A stretch of DNA of 64,000 bases, taken from Octopus vulgaris. Its lineage: Eukaryota. Of the stretch, positions 49,758 through 64,000 are shown piece by piece (position 1 is the first letter of the stretch; each line of letters begins with the position of its first letter). A model generated the notes under the pieces. The model saw only the letters and a program-made list of their open reading frames with translations. It had not been told where the DNA came from and made no database searches. A program made the translations under genes and the position numbers. The stretch is taken from contig OX597815.1 in assembly GCA_951406725.2 (NCBI GenBank), positions 115,072,001 through 115,136,000 on the forward strand, in the 5' to 3' direction.

Positions 49758-51703
49758 TCTCTATATATAAAACTGAAATGCGTTTTTACCGCTTGGATCG
49801 CTTTCAAGGCCACTACATCCTGTTCGATTGACTCCAAAATTTACAGGGACATGTAAAATGAGGTGACGATGCCCGTGGGCTACCTTAGAAATCCCTATCT
49901 TAAAAGGTGTCATTGCTAGGGCCAAAAACCCACTTTGACAAGTCCACTCCCGTTCTTTAATGTATCTGTCTTCCTCAACTCACTCTTGCTATTTCCTCTC
50001 TTCCCAGCACTTTTTCACTCACTCTATTTCCTACCTTCCCATAACTTTCACTTATGTATCTGTCTGCATTCATAGAGAGAATTATCATCGCCACAACCAA
50101 CACGACAACAAATATTCCATTGCCATCGCATTCTATCGTCTACCTGTCAACGCGCCGATCGAGCAAATACAAACAGAACACACCAACAAGCGTTCATGTT
50201 CTGGTGATAACATAGGTTTTTTGTATCTATTACATTTTAACATTTATTTAGAACCCTGCAAATTTTTTGTGCTAAATTTTCATTTTTTACTACTTTATCA
50301 TTTTTTCTTAAATTGATGCTTTTATTAAAATTAATTCTAATTGTCTGGGTCAACAGTTCGTTTCCTTGGAGGATATGGAAATTCTTATTACCCGTCAGAG
50401 AAATAACTCCAGCAGCTCACAACTATTTCAACAAAGACAAGGTTACCTGCTTACCAGTCGAATTCAGCGTCAACGCTCACGTATGAGAGAGACTCCAGCA
50501 CACACACACACACATATATACATATATATAATGTGTGCATTATGTGGTTGGTTGAGCTGAAAATATGCACACCTATGTTAAAAGTGCTGGCAAGTTTGCA
50601 TGACAACTATTTTTTTCCTCAAATGAAAGGTGTGACCTCTAGGACAAAATTCCTCATCTTATAAAATGTGGCCCCAGTAGACCCGAATGAAATCGGGTTA
50701 TATTAACCAAAATGTGAAAAGGGGTCTAAATGGGGCTTGAAGGGGATTAAAATTTAAAGGAGCGGGTGTTTAGCAATTCTCTGTTACATCAAGCTAAAAA
50801 ATTTGCGCCAGCCTTTTAATCGTCAATGTGTTGCCGTCCATGATGAAGAAGTTTTGAATGCTTGCCATGGCGAGTCTACTGTCGTGAGAAAGAATCAATT
50901 CAAAACTTGGTGTTTAGGGATTTTCTTTTACATCAAGTTCAAAATTTTACGCCAGCCATTAAACTGTCAATACGTTGCTGTCCGTCGTTAAGAAATGCCA
51001 GCCATGGTGACTCTACTATCCTCAAATTCTATCCCTTCAAACTTTGGTTTCCAATATTCTATTATTTTTATTCAGCTCGCAAGTTCGTCTGTCCCTTTTA
51101 AATGTTAGTGTTTTGCTGTCTGTCTTGAAGCAGACCTTTCTGTAGTTACTGTTGATATTTATGATTGATCTTTCTAAATATTTTATTTCTCAACTTACTC
51201 AAGATCTTTTGTTGTTTATAAATGGGAGAGAGATAGATAAAGATAGAGAGTAAGAGAAAGCGAGGGAGAGTCCGAGAGAAAGGAAGAGTAAGAGAGTGGG
51301 AAAGTGAGAGAGAAACAAAGTGGGAGAATCATCATCATCATCGTTTAACGTCCATTTTCCGTGCTGGCACGGGTTGGACAGTTTGACCGGGGTCTGGGAA
51401 GCCAGGAGGCTGCACCAGGCTCCAGTCTGATCTGGCAGTGTTTCTACAGGTGGATGCCCTTCCTAACGCCAACCACTCTGTGAGTGTAGTGGGTGCTTTT
51501 TACGTGCTGCCGGCACAGGTGCCAGGGTGGCTGGCAGCGGCCACTATCGGTTGGTGCTTTTTACGTGCCACCAGCACAGAAGCCAGTCAAGGCGGCGCTG
51601 CAATCCACCACGTTCGGATGGTGCTTTTTACGTGCTGAAAGGAAGCAACAGAAAGTAACAACCACACTCTTACTCGCGCGTAGAGTGGGTCACCTTCAGC
51701 TAG
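49758..51703 (+). mobile_element. Non-autonomous Helitron
   Basis: Starts A|TCTCTATATATAAAA and ends with a GC-rich degenerate hairpin (ctcgcgcgtagagtgggt) then CTAG|T. No TSD. Inserted between A and T. Confidence 0.7.
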
Positions 51704-54700
51704 TTTACATATATAACTGGAAAAATCCATGATGTACTGAGGGCACAATAGGTGAACCACGGTATGGCAAGTGATTACTGTATACATATTTTAGGCAGCG
51801 TTCTTCACCCTGAAGGTAAATGATTAGAACTACAATGTTGATTAGACAATGGTGTGATGAGTGAAACACCAGTAGATATGGTATGATAGAAATATCTAAC
51901 TAGGATACTGAATAGGTGTCATAAGTCAGTACAACTAGATAACCAAAACTATTTAAAAGTAACAACAATAAGCTACCATATGACCACTTGACCTGCTAAA
52001 AATTGCAACCAAATTGCACCCAACCTTCTTAAAAAATTGGAAAGAAAAGGAGATACTGAAGGAGGCAGTTCTAGATACTCTGTATCTTAATAAAAGATAG
52101 GATGGTCACAGCTTGAAGGCCCTTGATTTCAAGATAAGTCTGTTTGAATAAGATTAATCTAGGTTAAACAAAATGTTGGGTAGAGGATTGTTGGGGGTGG
52201 GAATAGAGCACAAAACTATAAGGAAATTAGCATTTAGTTGTTGTTTATTCCTATATCAGCTTTGATATATCAAAGGTTTTCGTCCACAACACTCCCATTG
52301 CACTTTCGATTATATTATCCAATATGTTCTTCCTGTTAGTGTAATTTGAGAGAAATTTGGTTGCTATTTCTAGCAGGTCAAGTGAAGACATAGCTCTCTC
52401 TCTCCCACTGGGGTGTTTTAGATTTGTGTTCATCAACTCTGATCAAGCGGACTCATGATCGAAAGCACTGCTGTCACGATCATCCTGTTTTTTTAGGAAA
52501 ATCTTTTGAACCACATTATCTAAGGTGTTCTTTCTTTCATAAAATGTGATTTGATCAGCTATTTCTTGCAGGTCAAGTAGCTATGTACAAGCTCCCATGT
52601 TGACTTATGTTGAGATTAAACTCTATGCTATTTTGACAAGGGGTTTTACATCACTCCTTTTAATATTAAATTCCAGTACAACATTCAATGACAGTTCCTT
52701 GCTAAAGTTGTGGCCCTGTGCTTAAATTCATAAGCATTACAACAAATGTTACTCCCCAAAACATAGTTTCTTTACCATTAATTTAGTTGAGGTGGGGTGA
52801 CATCATTTCTTTACACTTAACAACATTTTTCATAGATTGTCCAGGTGTTGATACTTGTTTACTATAGACCTCCAAATGTAACTGGCACTCTGTAGGTTAC
52901 AAGGGATCCATTTGATCTGACCGACAGAGCACTCCACAGACATGCAGACCCTTAACATAGTTCTCAGGGAGATTCAATGTGACAAGGCTGGTCTTTTAAA
53001 ATACAGGCACAACTCATTTTTGCCAGTTGAGTGAACAGGAACAATGTGAAATAAAGTATCTTGCTTAAGGATACAAAACAGTCGCATATCAATCTCAGGA
53101 TCTAACAACCATGAATACCCTAACTGCTAAGCTATGTGCCTTCACTAGAACTCCAAATATAACATTGCAAACTGACAAAATCCTCATTAAGTATAGTACT
53201 CCTGCTTATAGCAGAGCTGTAGCAATCTACAATACCATTTAACATGGAAGTTTGTGTGCGATTAAGCATAAGAGGCATTAGATGTGTGCAAGAGAGATGA
53301 CTGCATTGGTAAGGTCATGTGATGTATATGGACAGACAGTTGCGTAAAGAAGTACCAGTCTCTAACTGTGGAGGGAACCTGTGGAAGAAGTAGACCCAGG
53401 AAGACATGGGACAAGGGATGAAGCATGATCTTCGAATGTTGGGCCTCGCAGAGGCAATGACTAGTAACCAAGACCTTTGGTGATGTGCCATGCTTGAGAA
53501 GACATGTCAGGCTAAGTGAAATCATAGTCATGGCTGATACCAGTGTCACATAAATGGCACCTGTGCTGGTGAAATGTAAAAAGCACCTTTTGAGTGTTGG
53601 GCCTCATGGGGGCAATGTGGCCGATGCTGGTGTTGTATACCTGGCATCTGTGCTGGTGGCATGTAAAAAGCACCTTTGAAGTGTGGGCCTTACAAAGGCA
53701 ATGACAAATGATCGAGACCTTTGGCAATATACTGTGGTTGAGAAGAAGACCTATCAAGCCAAGTGAAACTGTGGTTGTGACAGATACTGGTGTCATGCAA
53801 CTGGCACACGTAAAAGTACCCATTACACTCTTGGAGTGGTTGACATTAGGAAGGGCATTCAGCCATAGAAACCATGCCAAATCAGACTGGAGACTGGTGC
53901 AGCCCCTCAGCTCTGGTCAAACCATCCAACCCATGCCAGCATGGACAATGGATGTTAAATGAAATGATGATGATGACAAGTTCTACATACCCCTAAAAAT
54001 CAGGAATGCTTTTGATGATATATCTGTTCAATTAGAGTTGCCCTGCTGCTAAACATTAAGCTACTGACTAATAGTTTAATATTCTAATGTAAGTATATAG
54101 TATTTCTCATGAAGGAGTTCCTGTGCAGTCACTTGATCCACTTGAAAAATCAGTGAAATATCTCCCAAATCACTTAACAGTCTTATGGAGAAAAAGAAAA
54201 AAAATAGGACAGAATACATTAGCTATTGTAGTTCCTGACATACAAACTACAGGATGAATATAGTTGGAATACTTTTCATCAGAGATTTGCCTGCAAATGG
54301 ATGGCCTGGTGCTAAAGAACTCCCCATCAAATCACTTATGAAATAGTTAACATAATACATCTAACATTTTGTTTGAGACAATATTTGTTGCCAATAACAA
54401 TCGTCTGTTGTATTTTAAGCTAGTTTAGACATTTAACTTTGATGAAAAAAAACAAAAAAACATAGTACTTTGCTAAACACTTGTACCACACCCAAAAGCT
54501 GATGAAATCAAGAGACAATATTAGCTCATTGTTTGTCCACTCATGTATTTTCAATTCTCCTTACCACCACTATGATAATGGCATTCAATGAGGAAGCCTC
54601 TACATGTTCACTTGACCTACTAAAAGCAGCAAATGAACCTCCCTATCACATCTTGAAAAAGTGGAAGATACACTTATCATTTAACATGTTTTCCATACTG

Positions 54701-57513
54701 GCCTTTGGTTGGTTTGGCAGGATCTGGTGAACCACAGGACTGCATCATGCTCCATGTTAGCTATGGTGTGGTTTCTATGGCTGAATGCCCTTTCTAATAC
54801 CAACCACTTTACAGTGTTTACTAGGCACTTTTTCATGCCCCCAACAGTAGCAAGGTTGCCATGTAACTTGTACAAGAAAGAACAAGAAAAGGTGGGGGGA
54901 CTCCTCATGACTAAGAATCTTTGTGAGGGTATTTGATAGGGTAAAGAGGGACATGCAGAGGTGTCTTGCTATAAAGAAGATACATGGTTTCCTGGCTTTT
55001 ATATAAGGGTGGGAGGGAGTATCAAGGGAAAAAAAGGTAAGATGGCAGTGATGGAGTGCCAGAGCAAAACCCTCAAGAGATGATATGAGCAATGGATCAG
55101 AAGGTGAGGGGTTGTTATATAAATGTTAGGGGGAAGTGCCAAATGATTAGAGATAGAAGTGAATGAAGTGATTGATGAACAGGGAGGTGGGAATGCTTAA
55201 AAATTAAAAGCAGGCAATGATCACATCTGCAATGCCTTTCAGTCACAAGTTGGCTTGATCAAGGTTAATTGACAACCAAGTAAATTCTTGATTGAATGGT
55301 GTTATAGTTGCAGATAAAATAATCCTAACATAAGGTTGGCTTATGACCATTTCAGAATCGGCCATAAGTAAATGATTAGTGATATCTAGAAACATCAAGT
55401 TCTGGCAAATAAATCATGACAGCATCTCATTTGCCATATTTTTTTCCCCTATTTGTCTGATGATGGAATATTCCATACTCGGAGATATCCCAGAAACACC
55501 TATAAGATTTTGAATTTCTTCCTATAATAATATTGTATATGACTTGAGATGTTTGCCTTGCCTACATCCTGTTTAACAATTATAGATCTGCTGCATCGGA
55601 AATCTGAAATGGCTCCATAACTACTATCTCGGCTATAACTTTGGAGCCCCAGTAATCCGTTACATCACTTACCTAGTGTACCTAATTGTTTAATCACCTG
55701 TGAACTAAACCCCCATACTTTGTGTGTGTGTGTGTATATAAAGGCTTGCATGAAACTTTTCCTGCATAGCGTCTCTGTTTGTTGCAGTCCATTGTTGTCT
55801 CCTATGTACAGTTCAACCTTCAACTCAAACTTTACTAATACTTGCCCTTCCACATGTTCTTTCCACTTTCATTGCTTGCACATTTTTATTCAGTTGTTGA
55901 TCTAGCATGCATTTGGATGACACTAAAAAATGTTCAGGCAAATATAATTAATGAAATCTAGTTTTTAGTCTCAAATTTTTGTACATCATCTGAAAGGGTA
56001 ATTTCAGAATACGGGAGATGTGAAAATGCTTTTCAGGTTTGTTCCTCAAATTTTACAAGTATAATCATATCAATATAAAGATATAAACTGCAGCAATTTT
56101 ACTTTTAGTAGTTTTTATTTGATTCAACTATCTGAATTCCATACACTTACCTTTGAGCAATAGACATGCAATTTGCTCTCTATGGAAAGCGGACGTTAAA
56201 TGATGATGATGATGATGTCATTTTTATTGCTACAACTGAGGCCTCTGCGCCTTGGAGCTTGCTGGTATTATGCCACCTCCACTCAGGCACTCCCAACTCA
56301 TTCATATTTCCTTTTGTCACACCACCAGGCACTTACTAATCACTATGTCAAGAACTTCTTACTCATTGTAGGACACAGGCCCCCTGGATTTCATTCCCTG
56401 TACATTTAACTGCAGATGTTGATTGCAACTATTCTAGAGTAACATTAACTCCATTTATCTTACTAGTTTTCAATGGACTACAAAGGATGTTGGGCATTAC
56501 TTTTCTCTTCAGAATAAAAGTTTGTGCATGTGTGTGTCGAGGAAATGTTACAGAAGTGGTATGAACATCTAAAGCAGAGAGTGGAAAGTAGATGTGAGTG
56601 AAAAAGTATCATAAATTGATAGTGCAAGGTGACAACGATAAAGGTAGACCAAAGAACTGATAAGGTCAGATACACCTTATAGAGAAATTCATGCAATGTG
56701 AAAACGAAGAGATATACAGTGACATCAAACCAGCCAACCCATACCAGCATGGACAAATGGATGTTAAAGTGAGAGTGATGGTAAAGATTATATCAACTAC
56801 ATTCTGTCACTGTACCTAACCCTCCAGACCTATATTACAAACCTTGTTCATTCCACTTTATACAGAACAAGAGAAGTTTATAAAGCTTGGCTCTTGTCGT
56901 AATAGCTTAGCCTTGCTCATGAATAGTTTCAAGCCTGTCTCTTAAAGATTTTTTTTCAAGCTTTCATTCAAACCTATTCAAGTATCTAAACTACTACACA
57001 AACAGTTATCCTAGACAATTTATCAAAAGAAAGAACACTCAATAGATTGATATGAAGTCCCTCCCCATGATACTAACCTCTGATGTAGACATGCTGTCTC
57101 TTCTACTACCACTATAGTGGCCTCTGGTTTTGTGTCACCTCCACTCAAGTACTTCTAACTCACTTCTCTCTGGCTTACCCATAACTTACCCACTTCCCCA
57201 AGCTATTGTGTTTGCCCAGCCATTCCTCTTTAGAATATTGCCATCCTTCCACCTTGGAATTCTCTTGTTGCATAGATTTTGCCTGCAGCTGTCAACTTTT
57301 TACAGTTCAAATGGAACATTAGTAACATCAAACCCACTGATCTACCAGTCTACCAAAGGTCATGATCACAGCCCATTCCTATGTAAAAAGAAAAAAAAAG
57401 GACCAAAAGGAAAACAAATAACAACTAGTTAAAAGAAATGGAAAGCAAGAAAACAATACATTCTTTAAAACAGTAAAATGAAATACAGCAAATGGTAGGA
57501 TAATTTTTTAATC

Positions 57514-57519
57514 TTTATT
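57514..57519 (-). terminator. Candidate polyadenylation signal (AATAAA) of the CLIC-like gene
   Basis: tttatt on +, about 660 nt past the stop codon, at the end of an AU-rich, repeat-free 3' UTR-like tract. Confidence 0.35.
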
Positions 57520-58178
57520 TCTTTACAAATCAAACAGAATTCCACCAAGATATTACATTAAATCATAAGGAAGCCAAAATATATGATACAGCCATAATAT
57601 AACTAAGGCATAGCAGTTTTTCTATATTTCTTTCAGTGTATGCTATGGCTTCTCTTGATTTGGAATCAATATACTAAATAAACTAGAAATTATAAAAAAA
57701 TAAAATTATGTTAGTGTCATCTTTCACCTCATTTTTGTTATTTCTAATTTTAAAATTTTGTTTTTCAATTTTTTCTCGAAGGATTGAAACAAAAATACAA
57801 AATAAAAATTATAGGACATAAATCAACAGCATTAACTAGTTTAATTTTTACAGAAGAGATTGACCTCATATATATTGGTGTGCGTGAGTATATGTATGTA
57901 TAGGTGAATAATCATTCTTACAAAGTGAGCACAGGGCATAACCTGCTATTAGATACAATAGCTCAAAGGGAAGACAGAGTGTCAGTTGCTATTTTATCCA
58001 TAAGAAGTAGGATAAAAAATAAAAAGAAAGCTGTACAACTCTATTCTTCTCTTTAAGTTGATTTAATCATTAAATGAAAAAAAAAAAATTCAATAAGAAA
58101 ATCTGTAAATATATAAATAACAATAATTAAAAATTAAACAAAAAAAAAACTCAATCAAATAGTGAAGAATGGTTTCCA

Positions 58179-58679
58179 TTAGTCAGTTGGATTCTCATCA
58201 CTGTCATTATGGTTTGAGTTGCCCAAATCAGATGTTACAATTACTGTATCTGGAGTATCTTCATGAACCTCATGTACGATGACCTCAGTTGTATTATCAC
58301 TAACAACATTCACCTCACCTGTGTCATAATTGTAATCAACAGCTCCATTGCCATTTTCAACAGAAATGTTTGAGGTCATCTCTGACAATTCATCGACATT
58401 ATTTACCACATCCTGTACTTCTACGTCCTGTACTTCTACGTCATCCACTTCTTCCATTTCTGATTTCGTGTCCAATATAATATCATTTGGGATTGTAAGT
58501 GTTGTTGTCTCTTTCATAAGACTAGCTTCTCTCCCTCGGAAAGCAACTTTTTTCTGATAATGACTGATAATGACCGGATCTGTTGGACAGGTATTAAAGA
58601 AGGCCTCAGCCTCGTAACCATTTCGAAGATATTTCCACAAATAAATCATGGTGCGTGGGATATCATAATTTTTCAGTAT
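58179..58679 (-). CDS. Terminal coding exon of a chloride intracellular channel (CLIC/EXC-4, GST-fold) family gene
   Basis: Acceptor ctctctttgcag. ILKNYDIPRTMIYLWKYLRNGYEAEAFFNTCPTDPVIISHY matches the CLIC C-terminus (F.IP.....LWRY....Y...AF...CP.D..I..HY). No upstream exons were found in the window. Confidence 0.82.
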   Translation of the reverse strand: MLKNYDIPRTMIYLWKYLRNGYEAEAFFNTCPTDPVIISHYQKKVAFRGREASLMKETTTLTIPNDIILDTKSEMEEVDDVEVQDVEVQDVVNNVDELSEMTSNISVENGNGAVDYNYDTGEVNVVSDNTTEVIVHEVHEDTPDTVIVTSDLGNSNHNDSDENPTD

Positions 58680-61600
58680 CTGCAAAGAGAGATTTTCATT
58701 GATGATAAAATGAAAACATCAAATTAAATTCAAGCAAAAAGGCTAATAGGTTAATAGCTAGAACCTGCTTTTTAGTCATATATGTTCTTTCCAAGTAATC
58801 TAAGCTCTAAATAATAAAAAAATAAAGGTCTTTCTAAAAGTGTTAACTACTTTTTATCAAACACAAGCTAGATTAATATAGTTGCATTACTTGTAAAATT
58901 TATTTATTTATTTGTTAAATTTTTGGAAGACATGATGCAGAATATTTATCTGAATATCTTCCAACTGTTACTAGACAGATTTTATGGGCAAAACCAATTG
59001 GCAGCTGCAGTCTGCAAACAAGATGGTTGGATAATGTCCATGAGCTGAGTTGGTCTCACTTAGGAATCCATCTGGATCAGTTGGAAATGGTTGCTTCTGA
59101 CAGGATCTGTTGGAAGATGTGCTTCAGGACTCTTGGCTCCCATAATCCTCCCAGGAATAAGTGAGTGAAGAAGATGAAATGAGATCTTACAACTGTGTTT
59201 GTGCATAGATCAATGCTTTAAAAAAATTTTTATTTAGGGTGCACAAAGATACTTTCTGAAAGGGAAGGATATAATCGACTGGATTAACTCAGATATATTG
59301 TAATGATATATCAATTAAGGCAGCAAGCTGGCAGAAACGTTAGCACGCCGGGCGAAATGCGTAGCTGTATTTCGTCTGCCGTTGTGTTCTGAGTTCAAAT
59401 TCCGCCGAGGTCAACTTTGCCTTTCATCCTTTCGGGGTCGATTAAATAAGTACCAGTTATGCACTGGAGTCGATATAATCCATTTGTTCTCTCTGTGTTT
59501 AGCCCCTTGTGGGTAGTAAAGAAATAGATATATCAATTCCAGAGCTTTAATAATCAATGTTATTTCTATCTAGTAAGAAGTGAAATCAGAATAAGGTTTG
59601 AATCTAAATGCATAAAACCCTCCAGTCAGTGATATCCTTGTGTTCCAACCTACTAAACTTTTACTTTATAGATGTTTTTTTTTTTTGTGTGTGTTAAAAG
59701 AAATGGACATTACTAAGGTAATCTCAGTGGAGAAACAACATTGGTAACAGCTGCTTCTTTTCAGCACAAACTGCAAATCATTCCAGAGTCATAATCCGAA
59801 ATTGCCATGACAATGTAACATCCTGTTAGCTATTCATGCTTTTGTTTTTATGCAATATTTTCTTAGGAATGCTTTCTTTTGTACTTGTTCTTTTTATTGA
59901 TATATAAAACGAGTTAATGTAAAGAAAAGGGACTTCATATAACCTTCAGAAGAAAAAGCTCTACATCAATTATGTCACTGAGGGCTGCACCAGGTTTCAG
60001 ACTGATTTGGTATGATTTCTATGGCTGGATGCCTTTCCTAACACTTAACCACTCCGAGAATGTAATGGGTGCTTTTTTACATGCCACTGGTATAGGTGTC
60101 AGTAACAGCCACAACTATGATTCCACAGAAGCCATTTACATGACACTGGTATATACAGCCACAACTATGATTTTATTTCACATGACAAGTGTTCTCAAGC
60201 ACAGCATGTTGACTGTTTTCTTCTACAACCTGAAGTTGACCAATACTTTATAAGTAGAAGTTGGTAGTTGGGGATTATGCGAATGATATGTGCATGAACA
60301 TGCATGTATCTTTCATCATGCCGGCGGCATGCAAAAAGCACCATCCGATCGTGGCCGTTTGCCAGCCTCGTCTGGCACCTGTGCTGGTGGCATGTAAAAA
60401 GCACCCACTACACTCACGGAGTGGTTGGCGTTAGGAAGGGCATCCAGCTGTAGAAACACTGCCAGATCAGAATGGGGCTGGTGCAGCCTTCTGGCTTCCC
60501 AGACCCCAGTTAAACCGTCCAACCCATGCTAGCATGGAAAGCAGACGTATGATGATGATGATGATAAGATATAAAGATCAGTAAGAAAAACTGAAAAAAA
60601 TAACTTGTGATTTCTGAACAAAGTTTTTTGCATTAAGTTGGACACACCCTTATCACTCACACTATCAGAAGCACAATGAACCAGTGATTGACCTGTTGAA
60701 AACTAGTAACCAATGATACTATTGTTAACAAAATGGGATATAAAATAAATAATAGATGTCCTCAAGAGTATTAGTAACAAATGAACTCAACTGACTTTGA
60801 AAAAGAAAACCAGTTCAGTAGTTCTAACTGACAAAACCACTCTCTCACTCTCTCTCCATTCATATGCAATATCTTTCATTAGTAGTTAGTAAAGCAATAT
60901 TCCTGTTTTCAGCTTTAGCTTATGAATGTAATAGTTTCTATTTTTTCAATGAAGTCATGGAATCAAGTATGCTTTTCTTATTTTTTGTTTTTGACAAACT
61001 TAGTTTATTTCAATGAAACCTTAATTGGTTCTAATCTTTCTGACTATATTTTGATTAATATTTCTTCTCTTCATGACATCTCTATAAATGTAGTTCTAAA
61101 GAGAAAGGATATGGCATAACATCAAGTGAGAAATCTAGGGAAGTTTGCCTCTTACAACCCCCGCCTTCACTAAGTCTTTCGATATTTAAGAGTCTATAAA
61201 AAAATAACTAAATCTCAATATACAACAAAAAGTATGAAATTCTTAATAAAAATGAGTCTCGTTTTTCTCCTAACAAAACTGGTGGGCTAATAGCTAAGTG
61301 AAAGCAATTTAAACTTAAAGCAGTTCTATGTTAAATTTGTGAAAAAACATAAATAGAAGAAAAGTGTTTTTTAACTGCTAATTTTATTGAAAAAAATGTT
61401 TACAAAACGAAGTAGTAGAAACCTTTGAATAGGAAATCATCAATATATGACTTCTATAAAATTCTCCAATTTGATTTTGATTTCAGTTAAAGCTATTTTA
61501 ATTTACTATGGAGCATGTCTTTTGTACAGGCAACGTTGGGAGGGGATATATCTTGTCACTAACAATTATCAGGCTTAGATATAGATCTTAATGATTAAAC

Positions 61601-64000
61601 TTTGAAGGAACCTGAAAGACAGGAATAATATATCTACAGGCTTAAGCTGTTGTTACAAGCCTGGCAGATAAACTTACATGAAGTTATGTTACATTTAGAA
61701 CAACATTCTAGCAGGGCACACAAGTTAAGGCATGGTGTACTTAATATTATATGCAGACAAATTCTTAATTAAAATTTCCCTTATAGTTGGACAAAGAAAA
61801 CAAAAACCTAGAGGTAATTGTTGATGACTATCAAAGAAAAAAGGAGATAATTTTTTAAAAATGATCTCAAAGGTAATTTAGACATTTAGGGGAACAAAAG
61901 TCTGATCTTAATTTGTAGGTAGGGATAACTATAAACATGTAGTAGGCCGCAGCAGCAAAATCCTATAGTCATCACTTGCAAGTAAGTATGACTTGGTAGC
62001 ATGTACCATAGTTTGGCTAATTGTTTTAAATGCTTGATTAGTCATAAATAAAATATACACTCTCTTGACCCGCTTGCTTTTGACAAAGCAGAATATCCAA
62101 GATGTTGTGAAAGGGCTGCACCAGCACTACACAGGTATTTATTTCCATCTGAGTAGACTGGAGCACTGTGAAATGAAGTACCCTGTTCAAAGAGACAACA
62201 CATAGTCTGATCCCAGAATCGAACTCATGACCTTACAATTGCAAGCACTTGCTCTAATATAGTTTATAAAAGCTGATTAGTTATGTGTGAAGTCTAAAAT
62301 TTTAGATATTTTTCCTCTTTGATTCCACCTAGTATTTTTCAGGGAAGATGGGACCACAAATTAAACGTAGCGTAGCAAAAAGGTAAGAGAAGCTAAAAAG
62401 AGATATTTCTCAGAGAAGACATTTAATGAAATCACAAAATTGTATCTATTTCAAATATTATTCGAAACAGTAAAAGATCTTTAAATTTTGAATAGATTTA
62501 GGTTTTAAGTATAAAGAAACGTAAAAACAAGACTGTCATATCCAGTGGAAGATTTCATCCTCATTCACTTAGTACCATGTAATTAAAACTAAGTAATGGT
62601 TCTAATGAGATTTTGGGGTTTCAGAGATATTTTAAATTCTAAACATAGTTGAATCTTGAGTTTCTCATGTTGCTTTTATATCAAAGATCAGCTGGCGCAA
62701 TTTGAATTGTCAAATTATGAGAAGAGATAAAAATATTTCGATTCTGCACAAACTACAACACAGGCAACTTGTCTAGAAGAGTGGTAATTCTTAATCAAAA
62801 CTTATACCAAGTAAAGAAGACCCATTAGTCCTAATGTAGACCTGTAGTATGATAGACACTGTAAGACCCACCTGTCCAATCAAAGCTAGCATGGAAAAGC
62901 AGATGTAAAAATGAAGATTAGGAGGTTTTTGAGACTTTACCGTAAAGTTAAATATTTTATTGTTCAAATATCTAGTGACTAAGTAAGAAAATTTTTAATA
63001 GTAATTTAGTCTGAGAAGCAATGCTCATAACCTTTCAACAACTATATAAAATTAATACTAGGTTTTGTTTCTGTTGAATTTTGTTACAAGAGAATAGGCA
63101 GGAGAGAGTGGGAGAGGGGAAGTGAGGGAGAGAGAGAGAAAGTAAGAAAGAGAAGCATGGTGCTTATAAAGGAAAAACAGAAAAGCAAAGAAAGCAACAT
63201 ATAGAAAACAAGTTATTTGGACAATTACTCATGAATAAGTATACACTGCTGAAGAATTTTGGAACCAGTTTTGTTTGAAACTTAAAATATTTGCTTGTAT
63301 CAAAGGTTATGTTGTTCAAAGTTTTCTGATGTCAGGCATCTTTTGCTATTGTAGACTAAAGAAATTTCAAATACTGAATGAAGAAATATGGTGTGAAGAG
63401 AAAAATATAAAACAAATATGGAAAAACAGAAAGAAAAAAAAAACAATGAGAAAGGAGGTTCTGAAAAATATGTTAAATAAATATATCAATTTGTTCACAA
63501 ACACAACCCCATAAATAGAATACTATACAATACATAGTTATCCCATAAAATCAATAATTCATAAAACCAGCTCACAAAAGTATAGAAAATTATGAAGAAA
63601 CAACATGCATTTTGCAGACTAATCAAACTTAGAAATATTTACATGCACTAGTATTCATCCAGAATGAGCTGAGCTGGCTCTAACAGGTGAATCCACATAG
63701 TCACAAATAGAATCCAACCATACTGGCAAATTACAGGAACTTGACATGAAGGTTATTAACTCGTAATACCAATGACATACAACATGCATATGAGGACCAG
63801 ACATTGATACAAGAATTGATTTCATTGTACTAATTTATCTAAATTTTCAGCTGTCTATTTTACCTTTGATGATATCCAGAAAGGATCTCTAGCATAACTG
63901 CAGGACTGAACCAACAGAACCACTTTTTGAGCAAAACTTTTTTGAAATGAATTGGTCCAACAATGACAATAGACTTCAGAGTTTGACAAGATTCAAAGCA

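Larger units (their letters stand above)
48580..51780. mobile_element. Tigger/pogo-like non-autonomous element interrupted by SINE, Helitron and RTE insertions
   Basis: TA|cagtaatcccttgactatcgcaggt at the left. accacggtatggcaagtgattactg|TA at the right. Confidence 0.7.

Noticed and set aside
63660-64000. Possible upstream CLIC exon
   Set aside because: Minus-strand frames contain stops and no CLIC motif (e.g. DC.L.PKL.HI) was found.

Overview
AT-rich, repeat-dense animal genomic DNA. The repeat families resemble those of coleoid cephalopods (octopus), which is an inference. Two host genes are supported. The first is a complete four-coding-exon profilin-4 (PFN4-like) gene on + (ATG 14249 to TGA 35544, 128 aa), reconstructed from splice sites and mostly missed by the ORF track. 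The second is the terminal exon of a CLIC-family gene on - (58179-58679) with a long acidic tail. The rest is mostly transposons: a young full-length Ty3/gypsy element with LTRs, PBS, PPT and TSD; an older Mag-like gypsy; RTE, CR1-like, R4/Dong and Penelope-like LINE fragments; Merlin, mariner, Tc1 and Chapaev3 remnants; hAT, piggyBac-like, Tigger-like and Helitron non-autonomous elements; and several tRNA-derived SINE families. The most notable observations are a tRNA-headed element carrying a minimal hammerhead ribozyme with a 5' palindrome (44345-44670), an apparently perfect 283-bp-arm inverted duplication downstream of PFN4, paired RFX X-box-like motifs in a CpG-retaining domain, and nested transposon stacks.
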